Shown: positions 7,890 through 17,256 of the stretch, one piece after another | Position numbering within the stretch: the stretch's first letter is position 1 | Layout of the letters: each line of letters starts with the position of its first letter | DNA from: an uncultured Candidatus Saccharibacteria bacterium | Lineage (GTDB): Bacteria; Patescibacteriota; Minisyncoccia; Ryanbacterales; HO2-45-13 | Assembly (NCBI GenBank): GCA_964354975.1 | Contig: CAYHBS010000005.1 | Span: forward strand, 1-62,807 | Direction: 5' to 3' | Length of the DNA: 62,807 nucleotides | Made by a program: the position numbers and the translations under genes | The notes under the pieces: model-generated | Databases searched by the model: none | The model's input: only the letters and a program-made list of their open reading frames with translations | Told to the model about the DNA's origin: nothing

Positions 7890-8195
7890 GTGGGAATGTC
7901 AAAACAATACATTGAGGTCCCGACCGAACTCATCAACTTCATCCGGCCGCGCTTAATCGATCTATTTAGCGCCTACAGAGCGCTCGTTAGCGCTCTCACC
8001 ACGGTTGGCTTACACGGCTGCGGCGAAATCTGCTACTCCGTCCAATGCAAACTGCAAAAAGATCTTCATGCCATAGAGATCGAAGCGCAGCAGTTTTGGG
8101 GGACGATCAATATCAAAGCGGCATTCGGACGTTTCGGGATTGACAATCCCTACGATGTGAAATTTCAACTCATTTCACAAATAGAGATTCCGTAG
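7890..8195 (+). CDS. hypothetical protein (about 100 aa)
   Basis: SD AAGGAG at 7878-7883. Start is GTG 7890 (6-nt spacing) or ATG 7896 (MSKQYIEVPTELINF..). The tracked ATG 7851 precedes the predicted TSS. Confidence 0.5.
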   Translation: MGMSKQYIEVPTELINFIRPRLIDLFSAYRALVSALTTVGLHGCGEICYSVQCKLQKDLHAIEIEAQQFWGTINIKAAFGRFGIDNPYDVKFQLISQIEIP

Positions 8196-8209
8196 AGTGA
8201 ATTTCGAAC

Positions 8210-8237
8210 AGGAGCGCGACCTCACGGTCGCGCTCCT
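8210..8237. terminator. bidirectional hairpin between convergent genes
   Basis: AGGAGCGCGACC-TCAC-GGTCGCGCTCCT (12-bp stem), between the stop at 8195 (+) and the lysS stop at 8266 (-). Confidence 0.6.
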
Positions 8238-8265
8238 AATATATTTCACCACCTTGTTTATTTCA

Positions 8266-9747
8266 TTACTCCTGCTCTCCTTCCTTCTTTGTCCGAAGTA
8301 GTGGGAACAGAATTACTTCGCGGACATTGTGTGTATCGGTGAGCAGTTGCACAAAACGGTCCACGCCAATACCAAATCCCGCGGTCGGGGGCATACCGTA
8401 TTCCATTGTTTCCAAATAGTTTTCATCCACGGACACTGCCTCCAAATCTCCGCTTTTACGAAGCTCTTCTTGCCCTTCAAAGCGCTTGCGCTGTTCGAGT
8501 GGATCATTGAGCTCGGCATACGCATTCATCACCTCCTGTCCACCTATAATCAACTGTACGCGGTCGGCGTACTGCCCGCCGGGAGCGGCTTTTGCAAGCG
8601 GAGAGATATCAAGCGGATGATGTGTAACAAACGTGGGACTCATGAGGTGTTTGCGTACCGCTTTTTTGAATATTTCATCAAGCAGTTTCCCGCGACTCAT
8701 TGCGCGGCCTACTTGGATGCCAAGTCGTTCGGTCGCGGCTTTGAGCTCTTCCATATTCATACTCTCCACGCCAGGGAGGAGCGCGTATTCTTTAATTGCG
8801 TCCATAAACTTGATGCGCTTGAATGGTTTTTTAATTTTGATGGTCTCTCCATCAAACGTAAATGACAAATTGCCAACCACCTGCTTGACCACAGCCATCA
8901 CCATGCGCTCAAGAAACAATTCAAGTGACGCACGGTCTTCATACGCCATATATCCTTCAAGCTCGGTGAATTCTGGAGAGTGCGAAACATCGATGCCTTC
9001 ATTCCGAAAATTCTTTCCAATTTCAAATACGCGCGGCATACCTCCTACAATGAGACGCTTTAAATACAGCTCTGGCGCGATGCGCATGTAGAGTTTTTCG
9101 CCGAGCGCATTGTGAAATGTTTCGAAGGGACGTGCGAGCGCGCCTCCATACATTGGCTGAAGAATCGGAGTTTCCACCTCTTCAAATCCTTCTTTTTCTA
9201 AAAACTTACGCATCGTGGCAATGGTGTCGCGACGACGCTTGAACCTAGCGCGCGTGTCTTCGTTTGTAAGTAAATCGAGCGCACGGGTACGAAAACGCTC
9301 CTCCATATCTTGCAGGCCCACCCAACTGTCTGGAAGTGGCGCAAGCCCCTTTGCAAGTGGACGCCAATTGGACACGAGCACAGTTGGTTCTTTGCGCTTA
9401 GTCAGAAATGGTGTCCCCGTGACTTCGACAATGTCGCCCACATCGATGTTGCCCTCAAAGGCTCCGTAGAGTTCGTCACCGATGTCGTCCTTTTTGAGAT
9501 AGATTTGGATCTTTCCGGTGCCGTCATCAATATCGACGAATGTTGCCCCTCCGTGCCCACGAATTGCCCGCACTCTGCCCGCAACCGTTAGTGTCAGACG
9601 CTTTTTTTTGAGGAGTGTCTTAAAATTTCCCGATACCTCTGCGGTGGTATGTGTGCGCGCAATCTCCGATGGGAACGCCGAACCAAAGCGCTCTGCGAGG
9701 CGCTGCATTTTTGCGAAGCGGATATTGCGAATGTCTTCTCCTGACAT
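8266..9747 (-). CDS. lysS: lysine--tRNA ligase, class II
   Basis: OB-fold N-terminus (VAGRVRAIRGHGGATFVDIDD), class II motifs (FRNEGID..HSPEF, ..GIGVDRFVQLL). Confidence 0.95.
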   Translation of the reverse strand: MSGEDIRNIRFAKMQRLAERFGSAFPSEIARTHTTAEVSGNFKTLLKKKRLTLTVAGRVRAIRGHGGATFVDIDDGTGKIQIYLKKDDIGDELYGAFEGNIDVGDIVEVTGTPFLTKRKEPTVLVSNWRPLAKGLAPLPDSWVGLQDMEERFRTRALDLLTNEDTRARFKRRRDTIATMRKFLEKEGFEEVETPILQPMYGGALARPFETFHNALGEKLYMRIAPELYLKRLIVGGMPRVFEIGKNFRNEGIDVSHSPEFTELEGYMAYEDRASLELFLERMVMAVVKQVVGNLSFTFDGETIKIKKPFKRIKFMDAIKEYALLPGVESMNMEELKAATERLGIQVGRAMSRGKLLDEIFKKAVRKHLMSPTFVTHHPLDISPLAKAAPGGQYADRVQLIIGGQEVMNAYAELNDPLEQRKRFEGQEELRKSGDLEAVSVDENYLETMEYGMPPTAGFGIGVDRFVQLLTDTHNVREVILFPLLRTKKEGEQE

Positions 9748-10229
9748 TATTTAATTTCGGTAATGCGGTATGCCCGATCACCTTTTGGTCCTTTCACTAT
9801 CACTTTTTCACTCACCTTGTGGCCGAGAAATGCTCTGCCAAATGGAGATTCGTGTGAAATTTTTCCTTCGGATACGTTTACTTCCTGCGTACCAACTATA
9901 GTATAGGTCACTTCTGTGCCATCGTCACTGGAAACGGTCAGTATGGTACCAAGTCCCACCGTATCGCGACCTGCGCGTTTCTCAATGATTTTCGCACGTG
10001 ACATATAGTCCTCAAGGCGCTGAATTTGCGCCTCGTTGACCATGTGTTCTTCTTTGGCTTGTGCGTATTCTGCATTCTCCGAGAGATCCCCCAGGCCTTT
10101 TGCAAATTCTAATTTATTTGCAATTTCAATTCTGCGGGGACCTTTTAATTCCTCAAGTTCGTGCTTGAGCGCGTTCAACCCCTCCTGTGAAATATATTCG
10201 TCTGAAAATTCATCGTGTGATTTTGACAT
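9747..10229 (-). CDS. greA: transcription elongation factor GreA
   Basis: Coiled-coil N-terminus with GDLSENAEY and a C-terminal FKBP-like domain (SHESPFGRAFLGHKV). SD AAGGA lies upstream. Confidence 0.92.
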   Translation of the reverse strand: MSKSHDEFSDEYISQEGLNALKHELEELKGPRRIEIANKLEFAKGLGDLSENAEYAQAKEEHMVNEAQIQRLEDYMSRAKIIEKRAGRDTVGLGTILTVSSDDGTEVTYTIVGTQEVNVSEGKISHESPFGRAFLGHKVSEKVIVKGPKGDRAYRITEIK

Positions 10230-10314
10230 GTATTTATCCTTATGGCATTTATGTGCTAAACGCGCCCAGAGGCGCGGTGTGTTTGGATCATTCTACTGAA
10301 TCCTTTCTGAACGG

Positions 10315-12063
10315 TCAAGGTGCCTCGGTGGGTATAGCATCCCTTGACATCACGGCGTCCACACCTTCGTTTTGTGCTACCCATTCGAGAATCCGGTACG
10401 CAAGTACTCCCGATCCAACGTTGTTTTCCCGAGGCCCCGCTTCGAGAAATATCACCATACCAAGCGGTTCTTTGGTGTCTGTGGTGTATGCAAGCAGCCA
10501 CGAATGCGAGCGCTGTTTGTTTCCTATTTCAGCACTTCCGGATTTTGCCGCAATGGCGAATGGTAACCCTCCCAGGAGGCGCGCAGTACCGATCTGTGTG
10601 GCCATCACCATTCCCTCCTTTACCACCTGGAGATGCGCGGGGTCCAGCGCGATAGCAGTTCCTCTTGTGCTCATTTCTTGTTTTTCGGGCCCCGAGAGTA
10701 CCGCGCCAAGTACATGCGGAGTAACAAGTTCTTTCCCATTCACCAGCGCAGAAAGCGCAACACCCATTTGAAGCGGGGTAATCGCAAAGTCCCCCTGTCC
10801 AATACTCGAGTGATACGTGTCTCCCAGACGCCACGTGGGATCATCCGGATGGCGTTCTGCTTTTTTCGTGGCGTCCGGAATGGTGCCTTGTTTTTCTCCC
10901 GATAGATCGATGCCAGTTATTTCTCCGATGCGAAATTTTTGAAGCCATGCAGTCAGACGCGAGATGCCAAGCCCCGCCACATCGCCATATCCTCCGCCAA
11001 TAGTATAAAAATAGATGTTCGAAGATACTGCGAGGGCTTTCCGCATATCAACAAGTCCTTGGGCACGAAATTCTCCAAAACGGGTAAATGTTCCTGGTTG
11101 ATATGGGTTTGGAATGAGTAGCGCATCGGTACTCAAAATCTGCTTGTCGGGCGATATCACATTCTCATGGAGTGCAGCCGTCGCGTAAAATGGCTTTACG
11201 GTAGATCCGGGAGCGTAGGTGCCAGCAATCGCTCGGTTATATAATGGACTCCGTGGATCACCGACGAGTTCCGCATACGCTTCGCGCGTGATGCCTTTTG
11301 AAAATACACTTGCGTCAAAGCTTGGGTAGCTCGTCATTGTGAGAATTTCGCCGTTATTTGCATTAAAGAATATTGCCGCACCCCCACGAAATCCTTGCTC
11401 TTTAATGATGTTTTCGAGCTCAATATATGTTTTTATCTGGAGCTCGCGGTCAATGGTGAGCGCAATATTTCCACCCGCGTCCGGTGGATCAACAAATCCC
11501 GATGATATAATTTCTCCTTTTGCGTTGACTTCTTTTAGTCGCTCACCGACTTCCCCGCGGAGAATTTCGTCGTAGGTGTATTCCACGCCGTCGCGACCAA
11601 GCGCTTCGTAATCGCGCAGCTCCTTGTCACGCGCCAAATCTTTTTCTGACGGCGCACCGACAAATCCGACCACGTGTGAAAATGCGGTAGGGTGTACAAG
11701 CACTCGGATACTCCGCTCTTCTTCGGGTACCCAACTGTTAGAAACAATCACCCTCCCCTTGCGGTCGTAAATGATGCCGCGGTCTGCGGTATAAACTTCA
11801 CGGAGTAAATGGTTTTCTGTGGAGCGAGCGGCAAATGCTTCCCCCTCGACTGTTCCGAGGTATGCGGTACGCCCAAAAAGTAGTGTCCCCATGGTCAGTA
11901 AAATGGCGAATAAGAGCAGGTATGAAAATGATGAGAACGGACGCTCTACCACCGCAACCCGGCTTTCATCATCGCCAAAAAAAGCGCCGGAATCTACGAG
12001 TACTTCATCAAATCCAATATAGTCAGCGTAATCGCGCTTTTTGAGTTTTTGATACCAACGCAT
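10315..12063 (-). CDS. mrdA: penicillin-binding protein 2 (elongation transpeptidase)
   Basis: STVKP (SxxK), SSN, KSGSAE (KSG). Follows mreBCD. Overlaps the mreD 3' end by 41 nt if ATG 12063 is used. Confidence 0.85.
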   Translation of the reverse strand: MRWYQKLKKRDYADYIGFDEVLVDSGAFFGDDESRVAVVERPFSSFSYLLLFAILLTMGTLLFGRTAYLGTVEGEAFAARSTENHLLREVYTADRGIIYDRKGRVIVSNSWVPEEERSIRVLVHPTAFSHVVGFVGAPSEKDLARDKELRDYEALGRDGVEYTYDEILRGEVGERLKEVNAKGEIISSGFVDPPDAGGNIALTIDRELQIKTYIELENIIKEQGFRGGAAIFFNANNGEILTMTSYPSFDASVFSKGITREAYAELVGDPRSPLYNRAIAGTYAPGSTVKPFYATAALHENVISPDKQILSTDALLIPNPYQPGTFTRFGEFRAQGLVDMRKALAVSSNIYFYTIGGGYGDVAGLGISRLTAWLQKFRIGEITGIDLSGEKQGTIPDATKKAERHPDDPTWRLGDTYHSSIGQGDFAITPLQMGVALSALVNGKELVTPHVLGAVLSGPEKQEMSTRGTAIALDPAHLQVVKEGMVMATQIGTARLLGGLPFAIAAKSGSAEIGNKQRSHSWLLAYTTDTKEPLGMVIFLEAGPRENNVGSGVLAYRILEWVAQNEGVDAVMSRDAIPTEAP

Positions 12064-12454
12064 GATAGAGGTAATAACTCAACATAAATGCAACCGAGAA
12101 TATCAAGAGCGTAATCATATAGAGTACCGCGCTCGACACCCCACGCGTGATTATGGTGGGTGCAAGTGCCCCGCGTAGTAGCACAAGCACCATCCCTGTT
12201 TTGACCGCCAGGTAGGTGCCAATACCGGTGAGCTCAAGAAGGAGTATTGCGATGGGCTGCTCAAATAGGAGTCGACGTTTCAACATTTCGATCGCAACGT
12301 ACGCACTTGCGAGAGATCCAATAGTGATCCCCACTGGCAGTGATGATAACGATTCATACATCAGTCCTGCAATGAGCAACATCACTACACCCACACTGCG
12401 AGGTGCTTGTGCCATCAGTATCACTGCACCAACGATGAGCAGTTCTGGAATCAT
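12023..12454 (-). CDS. mreD: rod shape-determining protein MreD (by position and topology)
   Basis: 143-aa polytopic membrane protein directly after mreC, with a 4-nt overlap. Confidence 0.6.
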   Translation of the reverse strand: MIPELLIVGAVILMAQAPRSVGVVMLLIAGLMYESLSSLPVGITIGSLASAYVAIEMLKRRLLFEQPIAILLLELTGIGTYLAVKTGMVLVLLRGALAPTIITRGVSSAVLYMITLLIFSVAFMLSYYLYHALVSKTQKARLR

Positions 12455-13215
12455 TCGGAACGCATAACAAATAATCGTTGAATTGTTTGCACGTTTGTCG
12501 GGGATTCAATACGCACGTCAGCAAACGAACTTGTGGGTTGCAGGTCCACTGCAGTAATAACGCCGTAGACCAACTTTTCCGACGCATTATTGACAACGAC
12601 CATTCCCTCTTTTGGAAGAACGTCACTTGGGATACGTGCACTGTATATACCAAGACCAAGCCCTTGAATCTGGAGTGGCACATTCACGTCAAGCAGTAGT
12701 CCCTCGATAATATGCCCCGGAGTGGAATATATTTTTACGGAACTCCGATGCTCGGTCACCACGGTCACTTCTCCAACGAGTCCAGATGAAGTGCGGATAC
12801 GATTTCCAGTACGAACGCCGTCGGAAGCGCCCCGGTCAATGATAATCGTATTTTCAAATCCATCGAGCGTCCGCATCAGTACCCGCGCAGGCATATCTCC
12901 CTCATTCACACCGCCTTCCACAAATGCTGTGTTGAGGGCTTCGAGCTCGGTGACACGCGCTTGAGACGTGAGTAAGTTTTCCTGCAATTGTCCCACCTGA
13001 TTTGTAAGCCCCTGAATGGCCGTGCGTGATCCAAATCCGAGCTGGTCCCACCCATTACGAATAAACCGCAACGATTCTTCAACACTCAAAATAGGTGGAA
13101 GCGCAATGTGCATGAGCGCAATGCGCACTGGTTGAAAAAAACCAACGACACTCAATGTTACATAGGACGCAATACACGTCGCGATGATGATACCAATGAA
13201 GCTGCGGCGACGCAT
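12451..13215 (-). CDS. mreC: rod shape-determining protein MreC
   Basis: N-terminal TM, a coiled coil (QVGQLQENLLTSQARVTELEALN), then a beta-rich domain (SSGLVGEVTVVTEHRSSVKI). Confidence 0.8.
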   Translation of the reverse strand: MRRRSFIGIIIATCIASYVTLSVVGFFQPVRIALMHIALPPILSVEESLRFIRNGWDQLGFGSRTAIQGLTNQVGQLQENLLTSQARVTELEALNTAFVEGGVNEGDMPARVLMRTLDGFENTIIIDRGASDGVRTGNRIRTSSGLVGEVTVVTEHRSSVKIYSTPGHIIEGLLLDVNVPLQIQGLGLGIYSARIPSDVLPKEGMVVVNNASEKLVYGVITAVDLQPTSSFADVRIESPTNVQTIQRLFVMRSE

Positions 13216-13218
13216 GAT

Positions 13219-14271
13219 TTAGGTAAACGACGCTTCTTCGTCAGGCTCGATGAGTACCTCACGGAGCGCGTCAAGATCTTCAAGAATAATACCCGTGCCA
13301 CGCACTACCGCCGTAAGGGGGTCGTCAGCAATGTGTACGGGAATGTGCGTTTCTTTTTCAAGTAAGATATCCAGACCACGGAGGAGTGACCCTCCCCCGA
13401 CAAGTACAATTCCGCGATGAATAATATCTGCAACAAGTTCTGGTGGCGTCATCTCAACAGTTTCTTTTACTGCTTTCACAAGAATCTGCACCGATCCCTT
13501 GAGCGCCTCTCTCATGTCAGAGTCTGTCACAATAACTTCGCGAGGAAGCCCCGAGACGAGATCGCGTCCGCGCATGGCGGCCTCTAACTCTTCAGACAGT
13601 GGAACGGCGGATCCCAGTGCAATCTTGAGGTCTTCTGCGGTGCGCTCTCCGATAAGCATTTTAAATTCTTCGCGTGCGTAATCAATAATGTCTTTGTTGA
13701 GTCGGTCTCCAGCAATGCGAAGATTTTTTGCTGCGACAATACCCCCGAGTGAAATAACCGCAATATCTGTCGTGCCTCCTCCAATATCCACAATCATGTT
13801 TCCTACCGGATCTTGGATATTCATACGCACACCAATCGCCGCAGCCATGGGTTCTTCTACTAAAAATACTTCACGCGCACCGGCAGACGTTGCGGCGTCT
13901 TTCACGGCGCGTCGTTCTACTTCGGTAATTCCCGAAGGAACGCCAATCACCACGCGAGGACGCGCAATGCGACGCACCTGCGAACCGTATACACGTTCAA
14001 TGAAGTAACGGATCATTTCTTGCGTTACTTCGAAATCAGAAATAACACCGTCCACGAGTGGGCGATGTGCAGTAATGTGCGCGGGAGTACGCCCCACCAT
14101 ACGCTTTGCGGCACTACCCACAGCGAGCACTTTTCCTGTTTTTTGATTGACCGCGACAACAGAGGGCTCGTTGATGATAACACCCTTTCCCTTCACATAG
14201 ACAAGTGTGTAGGCGGTACCCAGGTCAATGCCAATATCGTTCGCAAATCGTTGTAGGAGTCGTCCGAACAT
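13219..14271 (-). CDS. mreB: rod shape-determining actin homolog MreB
   Basis: DIGIDLGTAYTLVYV, EPMAAAIG, VDIGGGTTDIAVISLGG, VLVGGGSLLRGLD. Confidence 0.95.
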   Translation of the reverse strand: MFGRLLQRFANDIGIDLGTAYTLVYVKGKGVIINEPSVVAVNQKTGKVLAVGSAAKRMVGRTPAHITAHRPLVDGVISDFEVTQEMIRYFIERVYGSQVRRIARPRVVIGVPSGITEVERRAVKDAATSAGAREVFLVEEPMAAAIGVRMNIQDPVGNMIVDIGGGTTDIAVISLGGIVAAKNLRIAGDRLNKDIIDYAREEFKMLIGERTAEDLKIALGSAVPLSEELEAAMRGRDLVSGLPREVIVTDSDMREALKGSVQILVKAVKETVEMTPPELVADIIHRGIVLVGGGSLLRGLDILLEKETHIPVHIADDPLTAVVRGTGIILEDLDALREVLIEPDEEASFT

Positions 14272-14276
14272 ACGTA

Positions 14277-15566
14277 TTAGGAGCGAATGAGTGAGATGAG
14301 CGTATCGAAATCGACCAATTGTGCCTCCCCACCGCTCCGATGCTTGAGCTCATATTTTTTTTCTTTGAGTGTTTTTTCCGATACGACCACGCGATACGGC
14401 AGTCCAAGAAGATCGGCGTCTGCAAATCGTTCTCCTGCGCTTGCGTCTGCGCGATCATCGAGCAGTGTGGTGATGTGTGCTCCGTGGAGTCGCTCATACA
14501 GGCCCCGAGCTTCCATTGTCACAGTTCCACCAGCACCAACCGGAATGAGATGCACGAGTGCCGGAGCCACTTCACGCGGCCAAATTATTCCTTTGTCGTC
14601 ACTGAACACTTCAACAATGGTGCCCATAAGACGTCCGGGACCGATTCCGTAACTCGCCATCAGCGGATACTGATCTTTTCCGTTCGCATCCTTATATTTC
14701 AAGTCGTACGCTTCTGGAAAGCGCTTACCAAGTTTAAAAATATTTCCTACCTCAATTGATTTTGCGCGCGTGAGTGCGCCGCCACAATTTGGACACTTTT
14801 CTGTTCCTTCCGCAACCTCTGCGTTTCGCGCAAACGTGCAGGACGGACAGTACACAATTGTATCCTCACCCGACTCGGTGAGAACCTGATACTCGTGAGA
14901 GAATTTATCGGTAAAAGCACCTCCCGACGCTTCTACTTCGCGCGCGTCCACGCCGCAGCGAGTAAAAATATTTCGGTATGCTTGCCTGACCGAATTGTAA
15001 AACGCATCTTGCTCCTCCTCGGTCGTGTGGAAGCTATATAAATCTTTCATGAAAAATTCGCGACCACGCAGTAACCCCGCTTTTGCACGCGGCTCGTCAC
15101 GAAACTTTGATTGAATTTGATACACGGCAAGCGGTAAATCTCGGTAGGACGCGATCGCGCGTTTCGCAATTTCCGCAACAAGCTCCTCGTGCGTCCACGC
15201 AAGTCCCACGTCCCTACCGCCGTGATCTTGGAATTGATACATGATCTCCTGTCCGCTCCAGCGATTTGTCGCTTCCCAGAGCTCACGCGGCTGGAGTGCC
15301 GGCATATGCATCTCTACCGCACCAATGTGGTCCATTTCTTCACGAATGATGGCGTTGATGTTGGAGAGCACACGCCACCCAAGTGGTAGATATGTCCAAA
15401 CACCGGCCATCAGCTTATCAATGTAGCCCGCACGAGAAAGAAGCCGAGCGTTCACGCTGGGTTCGTCTTTTGGATCTTGGTGGAGCGTGCGAGAAAACAG
15501 TTGAGATTGCAACATAAAATGAGCGAGTGACTGGGTCAGTGTAGCACTTTTACCCACTCCGGACAA
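14277..15566 (-). CDS. proS: proline--tRNA ligase, short form without INS editing domain
   Basis: Class II motif 2 FRDEPRAKAGLLRGREFFMKDLYSFH and a C-terminal class IIa anticodon-binding domain (APALVHLIPV). A CxxC-x17-CxxC mini-insertion sits between motifs 2 and 3. Confidence 0.88.
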   Translation of the reverse strand: MSGVGKSATLTQSLAHFMLQSQLFSRTLHQDPKDEPSVNARLLSRAGYIDKLMAGVWTYLPLGWRVLSNINAIIREEMDHIGAVEMHMPALQPRELWEATNRWSGQEIMYQFQDHGGRDVGLAWTHEELVAEIAKRAIASYRDLPLAVYQIQSKFRDEPRAKAGLLRGREFFMKDLYSFHTTEEEQDAFYNSVRQAYRNIFTRCGVDAREVEASGGAFTDKFSHEYQVLTESGEDTIVYCPSCTFARNAEVAEGTEKCPNCGGALTRAKSIEVGNIFKLGKRFPEAYDLKYKDANGKDQYPLMASYGIGPGRLMGTIVEVFSDDKGIIWPREVAPALVHLIPVGAGGTVTMEARGLYERLHGAHITTLLDDRADASAGERFADADLLGLPYRVVVSEKTLKEKKYELKHRSGGEAQLVDFDTLISLIRS

Positions 15567-15572
15567 CGCATA

Positions 15573-16655
15573 TTACTGGAAGAGAAACATGACATCCCGC
15601 AGGGTAATACCGATGAGAAGGAGTAGCAAAATGATGAAGCTGACCGAGTGTGCAATGCGTCCAATGTTTGGCGCAATCGGACGACGACGTACCGCCTCAA
15701 TACCGAGAAAGAAAAGTCGTCCTCCGTCGAGCGCAGGAATAGGAAGCACATTAATCACGGCAAGATTGATTGAGAGTACCGCCACCAGCTCGAACAGAAA
15801 TGAAATACCGAGTTTTGTGGAGTCTGCAATGAGCACTGCAATACCGACGGGCCCGGTGAATTGATCCGAAATCGGTTTTTCACCAAAGAGTGATGTTGCG
15901 AGTCGCCAGAGCGCACCAAGAATGTCTCCGGCGAGACCGAATGCACGCGTGAACCCAACAATGGGAGACTCAAGGAGTGAGGAGCGCGTCACACCAACTT
16001 CTCCGAGATTAATACCAATAGGTCCTTCGCCATCCGGAGGAGTTACGCGAGGAGTGAGCGAAACGCTCACAGGAGTGCCGCTACGACGAAGTGTAACGCT
16101 CATTTCCTTACCTTTTGATGCCTCAACAAGTGATTGAAATTCATCTGACGTTTCGATTGTCTCCGCGCGGCCATCAATGGTCACTGATGTAATGACATCA
16201 AAATTCTGAATACCCGCGGTAGCGGCAGGTGAATTTGGCGCAATATTCGTGATGAGTACGCGCACATCTTCGAGCGTACCTACCGGATGGTTTGCGTCCA
16301 CCATGGCTGGCTGTCCAAGTGCCGCAACCACGGTAAGGAGCACCCATGCAAGCAACATATTCATAACGACCCCTGCAACCACCACTGCCATGCGTACCCA
16401 TACCGTCTGCGCACCAAAACTCCGCGGGCTGATGACGGGCCCGTCTTCCCCTTCGACGCGCACAAATCCGCCGAGTGGAAGTGCATTAATACTGTAGAGC
16501 GTCTCTCCTACGCGCTTGCTCCACACGCGTGGAGGAAATCCAAACCCAAATTCCTCAACCGCGATGTTGTTCTTCTTTGCAATGTAGAAGTGGCCAAACT
16601 CATGTGAAAGTACAAGCACCGCAAGCACCAGAATGAATAGTAATGTTTCAATCAT
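15573..16655 (-). CDS. rseP: RIP metalloprotease RseP (M50 site-2 protease) with PDZ domain
   Basis: HEFGH zinc motif in TM1, a central PDZ-like segment (APNSPAATAGIQNFDVI), and a C-terminal LAVINVLPIPALDGG motif. Confidence 0.88.
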   Translation of the reverse strand: MIETLLFILVLAVLVLSHEFGHFYIAKKNNIAVEEFGFGFPPRVWSKRVGETLYSINALPLGGFVRVEGEDGPVISPRSFGAQTVWVRMAVVVAGVVMNMLLAWVLLTVVAALGQPAMVDANHPVGTLEDVRVLITNIAPNSPAATAGIQNFDVITSVTIDGRAETIETSDEFQSLVEASKGKEMSVTLRRSGTPVSVSLTPRVTPPDGEGPIGINLGEVGVTRSSLLESPIVGFTRAFGLAGDILGALWRLATSLFGEKPISDQFTGPVGIAVLIADSTKLGISFLFELVAVLSINLAVINVLPIPALDGGRLFFLGIEAVRRRPIAPNIGRIAHSVSFIILLLLLIGITLRDVMFLFQ

Positions 16656-16666
16656 GTATCAAACAG

Positions 16667-17221
16667 TTAAATGCGGCCAAGTTCTATGCGCTTTTCCTCC
16701 TCGAGGGATTCCAGTACTCCGATGATGCGGTCTGTTTCATCTTGGAGCGTCTTTTGAAATCGAAACTTTTCATCTTCAGAAATATTTTTTTCCTTTTCGT
16801 CTGCCTGTATTGCCTGCCGCGCACTGTCACGTGATTTACGAATACCAATGCGAGATTCTTCAGCTTTTCTTCCAACAAGTTTTTGAAATTCTTCTCTTCG
16901 CTCTTCCGTCAGTGGTGGAAGCTGTAACAGCACGCGCGTTTCTTGCACTGATGGATTTGCACCGAGTCCCGCAGATTCGAGTGCTTTGCGAATTGGTTCA
17001 AGCGCCGCTTTGTCCCACGGTTGAATGATGAGGGTACGTGGATCGGGTGCGGTGATAGACGCGACGTGTTGCAGAGGCTGCGTCGCCCCGTACATATCTA
17101 CCGGCACGTGTTCAATAAGCGACGGAGTCGCACGCCCGGCACGAATAGAGAGTAATTCTTTTCGAAAATGTTCGAGATGCCCCTCGGCGTCTTTGATAAA
17201 TATCGTAATATTCGGATGCAT
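16667..17221 (-). CDS. frr: ribosome recycling factor
   Basis: From ATG 17221: MHPNITIFIKDAEGHLEHFRKELLSIRAGRATPSLIE... The tracked 50-aa N-terminal extension overlaps holB and was trimmed. Confidence 0.92.
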   Translation of the reverse strand: MHPNITIFIKDAEGHLEHFRKELLSIRAGRATPSLIEHVPVDMYGATQPLQHVASITAPDPRTLIIQPWDKAALEPIRKALESAGLGANPSVQETRVLLQLPPLTEERREEFQKLVGRKAEESRIGIRKSRDSARQAIQADEKEKNISEDEKFRFQKTLQDETDRIIGVLESLEEEKRIELGRI

Positions 17222-17256
17222 AGTAAAAATATCATACCATCCACACGCGAGTATCG

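Noticed and set aside
10261-10276. CGCGCC-CAGA-GGCGCG hairpin between mrdA and greA as a terminator or attenuator
   Set aside because: The stem is only 6 bp and a poor T tract follows on the coding strand (TTTAGCAC). It cannot be distinguished from chance.
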